50,929 nt of DNA. It comes from Spartobacteria bacterium. GTDB taxonomy: Bacteria; Verrucomicrobiota; Verrucomicrobiia; Chthoniobacterales; Terrimicrobiaceae. The notes beneath the pieces were generated by a model. It saw only the letters and a program-made list of their open reading frames with translations, had not been told where the DNA came from and made no database searches. Below, piece by piece: positions 1-8,582 of the stretch. Location of the stretch: positions 1 to 50,929 of the forward strand of contig JBJTGE010000021.1 of NCBI GenBank assembly GCA_046093785.1, read 5' to 3'. The position numbers and the translations under genes were made by a program. The first letter of the stretch is position 1, and each line of letters opens with the position of its first letter.

Positions 1-413
1 GGATTCTCTTCACGGATTCTCTCCAGAAGCGGTTGGATGCGCAACTGCGCGGGGCCGATGTGGTCGAGCGGGGAAAGACGGCCGCCGAGGGCGTGGTAGA
101 GGCCTTGGAAGACCCCGCTGCGCTCGAGCGGGAGGATGTCGGTGGCCTGCTCAACGATGCAGATTTCTTTCCCTTGGCGCGACGGCTGGAGGCAGATTTC
201 GCAAAGTTCGGCGACGGCGAAGAAGCCGCATTTTTTGCAGGGGTGGATCGATGACGAGGCGGCTGTGATGACTGCGGCAAGCTGCGCGGGCCGGGCGTCC
301 TTGTGGCCCAGGAGCCAAAGAGCACAGCGCTCGGCACTGCGCGGACCAAGCCCCGGCAAGCGCCGCAGCTCGCGCGTGAGTTCATTGAAGGGGGCCGGAT
401 AGTCGAGCGGCAT
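1..413 (-). CDS. recR: Recombination protein RecR, N-terminal ~137 codons (gene runs off the left edge of the window)
   Basis: Absent from the ORF track because there is no stop in the window. Hand translation of the minus strand from ATG 413-411 gives MPLDYPAPFNELTRELRRLPGLGPRSAERCALWLL (helix-hairpin-helix), CKKCGFFAVAELCEIC (C4 zinc finger) and ICIVEQATDILPLERSGVFQGLYHALGGRLSPLD (Toprim). It starts 1 nt after the stop of the upstream ABC ATPase gene. Confidence 0.85.
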   Translation of the reverse strand, partial: MPLDYPAPFNELTRELRRLPGLGPRSAERCALWLLGHKDARPAQLAAVITAASSSIHPCKKCGFFAVAELCEICLQPSRQGKEICIVEQATDILPLERSGVFQGLYHALGGRLSPLDHIGPAQLRIQPLLERIREEN

Positions 414-414
414 G

Positions 415-1083
415 TCAGTTTGCAGCCAGACGGCCATCCACAATCCGAACCAGACGGTCACCCCGCCGCGCGAGGTTTTCGTCATGGGTCACCACGGCGA
501 GCGTGCGTCCATCCGCCTTCGAAAGATCCAGCAGCAGATTGATGATCACCTCACCGTTTTTTGAATCGAGATTGCCGGTGGGTTCATCCGCAAAAAGAAT
601 CGCAGGGTCGTTGATAAGCGAGCGGGCTATGGCCACGCGCTGCTGCTCGCCGCCGCTGAGTTCCGTGGGAAGGTGGTCCATACGACCGGAGAGCCCCACT
701 CGCTCGAGCAACTCCCGTGCACGGGCGGTTTCGGATTTTCCCCGGATGAGGGACGGCAGCAGCACATTCTCGAGGGCGGTCAGTTCCGGCAGGAGGAAGT
801 AGGATTGAAAAACAAAGCCCATGCGCTTGTTGCGCAGGCGGGCCAGCGCGTTTCCCGAGAGCGCGTAGAGCGAGTGGCCCTCAAACTCCACGGTGCCGGC
901 TTCCGGGGTCTCCAATCCGGCCAGGGTGTAGAGGAGCGTGGTCTTTCCGGCTCCGCTGGCTCCGCAGAGGAACACGGACTCGCCTGCTGCGATATCAATA
1001 TCGATACCGCGCAGAACCTCGATGGATGTCCCCCCGATGCGGAATGACCTGCGGAGGCCTCGCGCCTGCAGGCGTGGGGTCAT
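415..1083 (-). CDS. ABC transporter ATP-binding protein, LolD/MacB/FtsE-like, with no adjacent permease gene
   Basis: Walker A GASGAGKTT, ABC signature LSGGEQQRVAIAR, Walker B ILFADEPTGNLD. Start set at MTPRLQARG (ATG 1083-1081), which overlaps the citrate synthase stop as ATGA. The 88-codon upstream extension in the ORF track lies inside the citrate synthase gene. Confidence 0.85.
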   Translation of the reverse strand: MTPRLQARGLRRSFRIGGTSIEVLRGIDIDIAAGESVFLCGASGAGKTTLLYTLAGLETPEAGTVEFEGHSLYALSGNALARLRNKRMGFVFQSYFLLPELTALENVLLPSLIRGKSETARARELLERVGLSGRMDHLPTELSGGEQQRVAIARSLINDPAILFADEPTGNLDSKNGEVIINLLLDLSKADGRTLAVVTHDENLARRGDRLVRIVDGRLAAN

Positions 1084-2207
1084 GGACGCTTGTCGATGGA
1101 CTGGAATTTTTTTCCGACGGCCGGACCGGTGTATTCGCTGAGCGGGCGATACAGGCGGTTGTCGGCAAGTTGTTCCATGACATGTCCTGTCCATCCCGCC
1201 GTGCGGGCGATGGCGAAGATCGGTGTGAAGAGATCGGTGGGGATGCCCATGGAGTAATAGACCGTAGCGGAGTAGAAATCGACATTCGCGTTCAGGCCCT
1301 TGCGTTCCTTCATGATCGAAGCGATGCGCTCGCTCATGCGAATCCACTTCGGCTCGCCGAGTTGGTTGCTGAGAATGATGGCCATCTCGCGGAGATGCGG
1401 GGCGCGGGGGTCGAGAACCTTGTAAACCCGGTGTCCGATGCCCATGATCTTTTTCTTTTGCTCGAGCTGAGCCTCGACCCAGGCGTCCACTTTGTCCTCG
1501 CTGCCGATCTCCTGCAGCATGTGGATGACGCCCTCGTTCGCTCCGCCGTGGAGGGGGCCTTTGAGAGTTCCGATGGCCGAGGTGATGGCGGAATACATAT
1601 CCGAGAGCGTGGCAATGGTCACGCGGGCGGAGAATGTCGAAGCATTCATGCCGTGGTCGGCGTGGAGGACATAGGCGACATCCAGCGTGCGGGCGGCTTC
1701 GGCGCTCGGCTCGGTGCCGTTGATGAGGTAGAGAAAATGGGCTGCCTCGCCGAGGTCGGTGCGGACGGGTGGCAGGTCGAGCTCCTTGCGGGCGCGGTGG
1801 AAATAGGCAGTGATGACCGGGATTTTCGCCGTGATGCTGACGGAGCGATTGTAGTTGGCCTCGGGAGTTTCCTCCTTCGGATTCGCATCGTAGAGCCCGA
1901 GCATCGAGACTGCGGTGCGGATGACATCCATCGGCCCTGCGTTCTTCGGAGCATTGCGGAGAAAATCAACCACCTGTTGCGGCAATTCGCGAGCGGCGCG
2001 GAGTTTTTTGCAAAGGGAATCGAGTTGCGCGCGGTTCGGCAGCTCTCCATGCCACAGGAGATGGATCGTCTCCTCGAAAGTGGCGTTTCCGGCGATTTCA
2101 TTGATGTCATAACCGGCGTAAATCAAGATGCCCTCTTGTCCGAGAACATCACTGAGGCTGGTTGAGTTGGCGACGATTCCTTCGAGTCCTTTGGCTGTAA
2201 CTGGCAT
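1080..2207 (-). CDS. gltA: Citrate synthase (short, ~375 aa type; 2-methylcitrate synthase cannot be excluded)
   Basis: Family motifs LHADHGMNASTF, GPLHGGANE, MGIGHRVYK, NVDFYS. Start chosen at MPVTAKGLEG (ATG 2207-2205); the ORF track start at 2261 is an alternative. Confidence 0.85.
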   Translation of the reverse strand: MPVTAKGLEGIVANSTSLSDVLGQEGILIYAGYDINEIAGNATFEETIHLLWHGELPNRAQLDSLCKKLRAARELPQQVVDFLRNAPKNAGPMDVIRTAVSMLGLYDANPKEETPEANYNRSVSITAKIPVITAYFHRARKELDLPPVRTDLGEAAHFLYLINGTEPSAEAARTLDVAYVLHADHGMNASTFSARVTIATLSDMYSAITSAIGTLKGPLHGGANEGVIHMLQEIGSEDKVDAWVEAQLEQKKKIMGIGHRVYKVLDPRAPHLREMAIILSNQLGEPKWIRMSERIASIMKERKGLNANVDFYSATVYYSMGIPTDLFTPIFAIARTAGWTGHVMEQLADNRLYRPLSEYTGPAVGKKFQSIDKRP

Positions 2208-2356
2208 AATTTTTTTGGTGGTTGGGGCAGGTGCACGAAAGTGTGAACAAGGGTTTTTCAAATGAAAAGCCTTACTGAGAAAATTCTTTGGAGCACCAGA
2301 TAAACGCGCTGCTGCTTGACGCTGCGCTGCCGCTGCGTTTAATTCCGCCGCACGCC

Positions 2357-2968
2357 ATGACCCGCAAGGACTTCACTCTTCTCATCGCCACGGCCCTGAT
2401 GCTCTCCGGCTGCGCGAACTACGACAAACGCCTGACCAGCACCTCCACGAGCTATCTCGGAACCGACGGATCGATTATCTCTCGCTCCGCCGAATCCACG
2501 CTCGCCGATAAAAACTCCTACTGGGACGGCGATGGCGTGGAGGGGGCACCATCCATTGTCATCGATCTCTCGGATCAAAAAGCGTCGTTCTACAAGGGCT
2601 CAAAGCTCGTGGGCGTCTCGGCCATATCATCCGGCCGCGAAGGCTATGGAACCCCGACCGGCTCTTACAAGATCACCCAAAAAAATCCCAACCATGTCTC
2701 GAACCTCTACGGCGACTATGTCAATGCCCAGGGCGATGTGCTGGTGAAAAATGTTTCCAAAGGCAAGGATCCTGTGCCGCCGGGCGGAAGTTTTGCCGGC
2801 TCTCCGATGCCATTTTTTATGCGACTTGGCCGCACCGCTGTGGGATTGCACCAGGGATTCCTTCCCGGTGTTCCTGACAGCCACGGGTGCATCCGCATGC
2901 CGGAGCGGATGGTGAAAGTTTTCTTCGAGAACGCACCGGCCGGCACGCCGGTGACGATTTTTAATTAA
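2357..2968 (+). CDS. L,D-transpeptidase (YkuD domain) lipoprotein
   Basis: Signal peptide with lipobox LMLSGC. YkuD catalytic region VGLHQGFLPGVPDSHGCIRM. Start taken at MTRKDF (ATG 2357). Confidence 0.8.
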   Translation: MTRKDFTLLIATALMLSGCANYDKRLTSTSTSYLGTDGSIISRSAESTLADKNSYWDGDGVEGAPSIVIDLSDQKASFYKGSKLVGVSAISSGREGYGTPTGSYKITQKNPNHVSNLYGDYVNAQGDVLVKNVSKGKDPVPPGGSFAGSPMPFFMRLGRTAVGLHQGFLPGVPDSHGCIRMPERMVKVFFENAPAGTPVTIFN

Positions 2969-4107
2969 TTCTCATAAAAAGCGCGCACCAGAGAGGTGCA
3001 GCGCTCATGCGGAAGCACGCCACTTTCCATTTGGTTCATGACATAACCAAACCCGACGCCCTGCTCCGGATCGGCAAAACCGAGGCTTCCTCCGGCACCC
3101 GCATGACCGAATGCGGAGGGCGATGGACCCAGTAGCGAGCGGATTTTGCAACCATGCGCATCGAGCGGATCCATCATGAAGCCCGCCGAGAAAGACATCT
3201 CCCGCTGCAGAACAGGATCAAAGCCCTGAGTGAGCCGGGTGGACATCCAGCCCAGCGTTTCTTTTTTGAACAAAGTCCGCCCTTCCCAGACGCCTCCGCA
3301 GGACAGCATGGCGTAAAATTTCGCCAAGGCCTGCGCTGAGCCGATGCCTCCCATCGAGGGCAGCGAGGCGGCGCGGACTTGCGGGGCGTTCATGGCCGAG
3401 ATTCCCGAGAGGCCCGGCGGACTCGCGAAGGCGCGGCGCGTGAGGGAATTCGCATCGGTGAAAGCGCGCAAGAACAGCTCGTCGCCCGCAGCAGGCGGGC
3501 CGGCGCGCGGCGGGAGGATGGTGGCCACGCGGGAATTTTGATTTTCCGGAAGGCCGATCCACAAGTCGATGCCGAGCGGCTCGGCAAAAACCCTGCGCCA
3601 ATAATCCGCGAGCGATTCCCTGCCGGCGAGACGGCGCACGATTTCATCGAGCACAAATCCAAAGACCCTCGGCCCGTAGGCGGGGCCGGCCTCCACAGGC
3701 AGAAGGGGCCCTTGTTTTTCGATCGCCCGCACGACGCTTTCCCGGTCGAGAATACTGGCCGACACATCATCCAACGCGCACAGCCCGGCGCGGTGGGAAA
3801 GGACATGGGCCAGCGTGAGCGATTGTTTTTCCGCCTGACCGAATTCGGGCCAAAAATCGGCAACGCGCGTGTCGAGAACAGCGCCCGCTTCTTGCATGGC
3901 ATGCAGCGTGCAAGCGGCAGCCACGCCCTTCGTGGCTGACCAGATGAGCACAAGCGTTTCACGATTCCATGGCAGCGTTCGGGCCGTATCGCAAAAGCCT
4001 CCACTCAGCGAGACAGCCTCGCCACCATCACGGAAAATGCTCAATCCGGCACCGACCTCGATGCCGCCGGAGAAGTTGTTTTGAAAAGCCTGCTCGACGC
4101 GGCTCAC
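2965..4107 (-). CDS. Serine hydrolase of the beta-lactamase/esterase (class C-like, PBP-like) family
   Basis: SxxK nucleophile motif IWSATKGV near the N-terminus and a 380-aa length typical of the family. GTG start overlaps the upstream TPR gene stop (GTGA). The 3' end overlaps the convergent L,D-transpeptidase gene by 4 nt. Confidence 0.75.
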   Translation of the reverse strand: MSRVEQAFQNNFSGGIEVGAGLSIFRDGGEAVSLSGGFCDTARTLPWNRETLVLIWSATKGVAAACTLHAMQEAGAVLDTRVADFWPEFGQAEKQSLTLAHVLSHRAGLCALDDVSASILDRESVVRAIEKQGPLLPVEAGPAYGPRVFGFVLDEIVRRLAGRESLADYWRRVFAEPLGIDLWIGLPENQNSRVATILPPRAGPPAAGDELFLRAFTDANSLTRRAFASPPGLSGISAMNAPQVRAASLPSMGGIGSAQALAKFYAMLSCGGVWEGRTLFKKETLGWMSTRLTQGFDPVLQREMSFSAGFMMDPLDAHGCKIRSLLGPSPSAFGHAGAGGSLGFADPEQGVGFGYVMNQMESGVLPHERCTSLVRAFYEN

Positions 4108-4571
4108 AACTGATTGCGGACTTCCTTCAAGTCCGGATCGATCTTGGCGATGTCGCGGAACTTGTCATCCATCGCAAAACTCCTCTGGGCGTAATCCACC
4201 GCCGCGTCCAGATCGCCGAGAACCGCGCTGTAGCAGGCCAGATTGTAAAAATAGGTCGCCTCCCGCAGCAGCGCAGGCGGACCGCTGAGCAGAAGATCCA
4301 GCGCCTCGCCCGTGCACCCGCGTTCGTGCAGGCAAAATGCTCCGTGGATGTAGCCGGCGACAGACTCGGGATAACGCTCCCGCAGCTGCTTGCAAATCCG
4401 CAGCGACTCATCCCACCTGTGGCCTTTCATGGTGATGAAAAGCCTCAGCTGCAAAGCGGATTCCACCTCCCTGTCCTCCGCCGGCATGGAATCAAGCTCC
4501 GCCATGGCCTCGACCGGCATATCAAGTTCCAGATAACCCTGCGCGGCGAGCAGGCACTTTTCAAAGGACAT
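4104..4571 (-). CDS. TPR-repeat protein (small, cytoplasmic, function unknown)
   Basis: TPR-like helical repeats (LLAAQGYLELDMPVEAMAELD..., ATYFYNLACYSAVLGDLDAAVDYAQRSF). Start chosen at MSFEKC (ATG 4571-4569). Confidence 0.6.
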   Translation of the reverse strand: MSFEKCLLAAQGYLELDMPVEAMAELDSMPAEDREVESALQLRLFITMKGHRWDESLRICKQLRERYPESVAGYIHGAFCLHERGCTGEALDLLLSGPPALLREATYFYNLACYSAVLGDLDAAVDYAQRSFAMDDKFRDIAKIDPDLKEVRNQL

Positions 4572-4623
4572 GGGCCGCAAACTAACGACCGGACATTCCC
4601 TCCCGCCAGCGTTATTTTCCACT

Positions 4624-5949
4624 ATGTCGCGGGCGGATCATCTGTTATCAGCGGAACACTCATTCGTGAACGTCTCCGACCTGCGTGAAATTTTGCAATA
4701 TGTGCCCCTCTTCCGGGAGCGCATCTTTGTGGTTGCGGTGGATGGCGAGGTCGTGGACTCGGAGAATTTTCCGAACATCCTTCTGGATCTCGCCGTGCTC
4801 CGCTCTCTGAGCATCAAAGTCGTCCTGGTGCATGGCGCAAGCCATCAAATCCAGGCTCTGGCCGCCGCGCGCGGAGTCCGCATCACCAATTCCGACGGCA
4901 TCGGCCTCACGGACGAACCCACGCTGCAAGTGAGCATCGATGCGGCGATCCGGCTCACCAATGAAATCATGGAGGGTCTCTCCTCCGTTGATCTGCGCGC
5001 CGCCTACATCAACGCCCTCATCGTCCACCCCGCAGGCATTATCGGCGGCGTGGATCAACAATACACCGGCAAGGTCGAGCGTGTGGACACCAAGGCGCTC
5101 CGCCTTCTCCTCGACGAAGGAATCATTCCGGTCATTCCTCCGATGGGCTTCGATGGCGAGGGACGCACCTATCGGGCGAACTCCGACAGCGTCGCGCTGG
5201 AAGTCGCCGTGGAGCTCGGAGCCGCAAAAATCCTTTATCTCGCGCCCGGCCGGGTCTTCGAGGAATCGACACCGCTGCCGCGCCAGCTTTCGATTTCCGA
5301 GACGGAAGATCTCATCAAAAAATGCAAGGCCGACTTCCCGACCGGACTTCTCTCGAAGCTCGAGAATGGCGCCAAGGCCTGCCGCCAGGGCGTCGCCCGC
5401 GCACACCTGCTGAACGGCGGCATGAACGAGGGCCTGCTCAGCGAGGTCTTCAGCCACGAGGGAATCGGGACCATGGTTTACTCGAACGAGTATCAACAAA
5501 TCCGGCGCATTTTTAAAAAGGATGTCCGGTCCGTGATCTCGCTCATCCGTCAATCCGTGCAGAACGAGGAACTCGTTCGCCGCTCGCGCACCGAGATTCT
5601 CGAGTGCCTGAATGACTACTGGCTTCTGGAAGTGGACCGTTCGCCCGTGGCCTGCGTGGCCCTGCACCTCTATCCCGATCAATCCGCCGCCGAGCTCGCA
5701 TGCCTCCATGTGCGCAAGGCCCAGGAAAACCAGGGCTACGGCCGCAAGCTCATGGCGTTTGTGGAAAACCTCGCCCGTGAGAAAGGCGTGAAAACGCTCT
5801 TCGCCCTCTCCACACAAGCCTACAGCTACCTTCAGCAAAAAGGCGGCTTCACAGCGGCGGATCCCTCCGTTCTGCCTTCCGAAAGACTCCAAAAATACGA
5901 AGCCAGCGGAAGGAATTCCGTCGTGCTCATCAAAACCCTCCGCCCGTGA
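4624..5949 (+). CDS. argA: Amino-acid N-acetyltransferase (N-acetylglutamate synthase), amino-acid-kinase domain plus GNAT domain
   Basis: N-terminal region LREILQYVPLFRERIFVVAVDGEVVDSENFPNILLDLAVLRSLSIKVVLVHGASHQI parallels E. coli ArgA. C-terminal GNAT motif QENQGYGRKLM. Start taken at MSRADH (ATG 4624). Confidence 0.8.
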   Translation: MSRADHLLSAEHSFVNVSDLREILQYVPLFRERIFVVAVDGEVVDSENFPNILLDLAVLRSLSIKVVLVHGASHQIQALAAARGVRITNSDGIGLTDEPTLQVSIDAAIRLTNEIMEGLSSVDLRAAYINALIVHPAGIIGGVDQQYTGKVERVDTKALRLLLDEGIIPVIPPMGFDGEGRTYRANSDSVALEVAVELGAAKILYLAPGRVFEESTPLPRQLSISETEDLIKKCKADFPTGLLSKLENGAKACRQGVARAHLLNGGMNEGLLSEVFSHEGIGTMVYSNEYQQIRRIFKKDVRSVISLIRQSVQNEELVRRSRTEILECLNDYWLLEVDRSPVACVALHLYPDQSAAELACLHVRKAQENQGYGRKLMAFVENLAREKGVKTLFALSTQAYSYLQQKGGFTAADPSVLPSERLQKYEASGRNSVVLIKTLRP

Positions 5950-7577
5950 CACACAACGCCGCCCTTTTCATCGACGGCTTTGTCATCCTGGCCTACTTCG
6001 TCGTCATCGTCGGTATCGGCCTCTATGCCGGACGCCGGAACGAAACCCTGCAGGAATTCGCACTCGGGGGACACAAAATCCCCTGGTGGGCCGTCCTGGC
6101 CTCCATCATCGCCGCCGAGACCAGCGCGGCGACATTTCTTGGCACGCCGGCCGAAGGCTACAAGACCCTCGGCTTCGCCTACGCGCAGTTGGCCATCGGA
6201 ACGATTCTCGCCCGCATCATCATCGCGTATCTTTTCATCGCTCCGTATTTCCAATTCAAAGTCCAGAGCATCTACGAATACCTCACCGTCCGCTTCGGCC
6301 CGCGCACGAAGAACATGGCGAGCGGGATTTTCCTCCTCGGCCGCGTGCTCGGAATCGGTGTTCGACTCTACCTCGGCGGCGTGATCCTTGTCGTGATCTG
6401 GCGCTACCTTTTCCCCGGCACGGAAATCACGATCTGGACTTATTTCTGGGGCATCGTCTTTGTCACAGCTGTCACAGCCGCCTACACAGCCATCGGCGGC
6501 ATCAAGGCCGTCGTCTGGACCGATCTCATCCAAGCCTGCCTCATGTGTGGCGCGGTGGTTTTTGCGATGTTCACCATCCTGCACAGCATCCCCGGCGGCC
6601 TTGGAAAAGTGAATGAAATGCTGGATGGACGCCAGGTCTCCATGTTCCAGACAGGCTGGGAGGCGACGAAGCCCTTTGGCGAAGCCCTCCGGCAAATGCT
6701 GGAAAATCCCTACACCATCCTCGCTGCGATCCTCGGCTCGACATTCCTCACCATGGCGACCCACGGCACCGACCAGGACATGGTGCAACGCATGCTCACG
6801 GCGGAGAATATCAAGAAAAGCCGATTCAGCCTCATTCTGAGCGGATTTGCCGACATCCCGATCGTGCTCGCCTTCCTCGCAGTCGGCATCCTCCTCTGGG
6901 TCTACTATCAAATAAGCCCCGATCCCTCCCTGCCCGCCGCACACAACGAAATCTTCGCCCACTACATCGTCCACGAAATGCCCGCCGGCATTCGCGGGCT
7001 CATCATCGCAGGGGTTTTCGCGACCATGATGGGATCCACCTCCGCCGCGCTCAATGCCCTGGCCACCTCATTCATCCGCGACTTCTACCAACCCTACTTC
7101 AACAAAACCTCGACCGACGCCCAATCGATCCGCGCCGCACGCACGGCCACCCTCGTGTTCGGCGGACTCATGATTCTCGTCGCCACCGGTGCCGCCTACG
7201 CCGTGCTGGAGACAAACATCACAATCATCCCCCTTGCCCTCGGCGTGCTCGGCTACGGCTACGGCTCGCTCCTCGGCATCTTCCTGCTCGGCGTCCTCAC
7301 AAAATCCCGGGGCAACGATGTCGCAAATGTCTTCTCAATGTTAATCGGCATCGCCGCCGTCCTGGTTCTTGGAAAAGTCAAAATCCCGGCCATCGATCCC
7401 CTCGCCCTGCTCAAATTCCAGTTGATCCCAGCCGAGTGGAATTTCGGCCTCTTCATGCCAACCTGGTGGCCCGCCATCTCCTGGCCCTACTATGTCTTCA
7501 TCGGCAGCACCGTCACCCTCTTGCTCGGCATTCTCTTCAAATCCCGCCAGACTCCAGCAACCGAGATCGCAAACTAA
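5946..7577 (+). CDS. Sodium:solute symporter family (SSF) transporter
   Basis: 543 aa and polytopic. N-terminal SSF pattern FVILAYFVVIVGIGLYAGRR...EFALGG....WWAVLASIIAAETSAATFLGTPAEGY. GTG start overlaps the argA stop (GTGA at 5946-5949). Confidence 0.8.
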   Translation: MTHNAALFIDGFVILAYFVVIVGIGLYAGRRNETLQEFALGGHKIPWWAVLASIIAAETSAATFLGTPAEGYKTLGFAYAQLAIGTILARIIIAYLFIAPYFQFKVQSIYEYLTVRFGPRTKNMASGIFLLGRVLGIGVRLYLGGVILVVIWRYLFPGTEITIWTYFWGIVFVTAVTAAYTAIGGIKAVVWTDLIQACLMCGAVVFAMFTILHSIPGGLGKVNEMLDGRQVSMFQTGWEATKPFGEALRQMLENPYTILAAILGSTFLTMATHGTDQDMVQRMLTAENIKKSRFSLILSGFADIPIVLAFLAVGILLWVYYQISPDPSLPAAHNEIFAHYIVHEMPAGIRGLIIAGVFATMMGSTSAALNALATSFIRDFYQPYFNKTSTDAQSIRAARTATLVFGGLMILVATGAAYAVLETNITIIPLALGVLGYGYGSLLGIFLLGVLTKSRGNDVANVFSMLIGIAAVLVLGKVKIPAIDPLALLKFQLIPAEWNFGLFMPTWWPAISWPYYVFIGSTVTLLLGILFKSRQTPATEIAN

Positions 7578-7628
7578 AACGCCAATCGCGCTTCCATGCG
7601 CGCTCTGGTGCGGCAGCACCTCGTAAAA

Positions 7629-7720
7629 ATGGTAGGGACGCCGCGCTCTCCGAGGCGTAGGCTAAGAGCCGGAGGCCGTCGGAGTCCCATTTTTCAGGCG
7701 CGAACGCGCCGTTTCTGGAG
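7629..7720 (+). repeat. GC-rich intergenic repeat, copy A1 (terminator-like hairpin plus U-tract, with a nested 30-nt insertion)
   Basis: atggtagggacgccgcg...ccgtcggRgtcccaWttttcag is shared with 16454-16512. The GGGAC/GTCCC stem (7635-7688) is followed by TTTTT (7690-7694), then a second palindrome GGCGCGAACGCGCC (7697-7710). It lies ~50 nt downstream of the + strand symporter gene. Confidence 0.6.
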
Positions 7721-7749
7721 CGACGCCAACACTCGCGACGCGCGAGAAA

Positions 7750-7819
7750 GCGAATCGATGAAGAACCACGCCCTGCGCCTGCACGGCCGAGACGGCCATG
7801 CCCTCTCTTTTTTCGCGGG
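7750..7819 (+). repeat. ~70-nt direct repeat, left copy, flanking the small lipoprotein cassette
   Basis: gcgRatcgatga..aacc.cgccctgcgcctRcacggccgagacggccatgccc(c)tct...tttt.gcgg aligns with 8499-8568, with only a few mismatches or indels by eye. It contains the imperfect hairpin GCACGGCCG-AGA-CGGCCATGC. Confidence 0.75.
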
Positions 7820-7827
7820 CTCGGCGC

Positions 7828-7860
7828 AAAAAAACGCGCCAACCCTTGCGAGTTGGCGCG
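7828..7860 (-). terminator. Rho-independent terminator of the small lipoprotein gene
   Basis: Perfect 9-bp GC-rich stem CGCGCCAAC/GTTGGCGCG (7835-7843 / 7852-7860) with an 8-nt loop. Read on the minus strand it is followed by TTTTTTT (7828-7834). It sits 20 nt downstream of the stop at 7880. Confidence 0.75.
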
Positions 7861-7879
7861 TTGTTGCAGGTCTATACGA

Positions 7880-8380
7880 TTACTTGCAATTGTGGAGTGC
7901 GCCTTTGGCAATGTTCACGCCGTAGCCATCAACAGATGCCGTGGCAACGCCGTGGCCAAAGAGCCCGAGGATCGAGTAACCAGTGACTTTGAGTGTGGAT
8001 TTGGTTTCAACCAAGCCGTCACAGTTGCCGTTTTCGATCGCATTGTAATATGCGGTGTCGAGGGCTGCTTGACGATCTGCAGGCGAGCGGAACAGGTAAA
8101 CGAAGGGATTCAAGGAGAATTCGCAAGCCAATGGCAGGCGGTTGCCTACACATCCCACACGATTCTCTTCGACGCCTTTGTTGAATTTAAGTCCGAGGAC
8201 TTGGATGGTTTCGACTTCGCTTTGCCCATTGATTCGGCTTGTGGGAACGAGGCGTGCATCCACACCAGAAATCGCTGGATCGACATGTCCACCGGCGATC
8301 GAGTTTTTTGCTGTGGGAGTGCAGCCTGTGACAAAAGCCAAAGCTGTAGGGGCAAGGATAGCGAGGATTATTTTGTTCAT
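7880..8380 (-). CDS. Small lipoprotein, function unknown (possibly distantly TRL-like)
   Basis: Signal peptide plus lipobox AFVTGC. 166 aa with internal IQVLGL / YSILGL motifs. AT-richer than its neighbours, with a very AT-rich upstream region (8381-8490). Confidence 0.7.
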   Translation of the reverse strand: MNKIILAILAPTALAFVTGCTPTAKNSIAGGHVDPAISGVDARLVPTSRINGQSEVETIQVLGLKFNKGVEENRVGCVGNRLPLACEFSLNPFVYLFRSPADRQAALDTAYYNAIENGNCDGLVETKSTLKVTGYSILGLFGHGVATASVDGYGVNIAKGALHNCK

Positions 8381-8498
8381 AAGGCAGACAATTATTTATA
8401 ATTATCGATTAAAGGCAACAAAAAACATTCTTATGCTCAAATTTTTAAATAATCCTTTGCGTATGAGGAAAAAATTCAGACGACCAATTTGAATGCCG

Positions 8499-8568
8499 GC
8501 GGATCGATGACAAACCGCGCCCTGCGCCTACACGGCCGAGACGGCCATGCCCCTCTGTATTTTGCGGC
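8499..8568 (+). repeat. ~70-nt direct repeat, right copy, flanking the small lipoprotein cassette
   Basis: See 7750-7819. Same orientation, about 750 bp away, and 15 nt from the cysN stop. Confidence 0.75.
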
Positions 8569-8582
8569 GGAGCGAGACGACT

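Noticed and set aside
7596-7925. Small ORFs beginning MVGTPR... (7596-7925, 16454-17068) or reading ...ALRLHGRDGHA... through intergenic DNA.
   Set aside because: They are translations of the GC-rich intergenic repeat and hairpin elements, not genes. The similarity is at the nucleotide level and includes an indel that is not codon-constrained in function.
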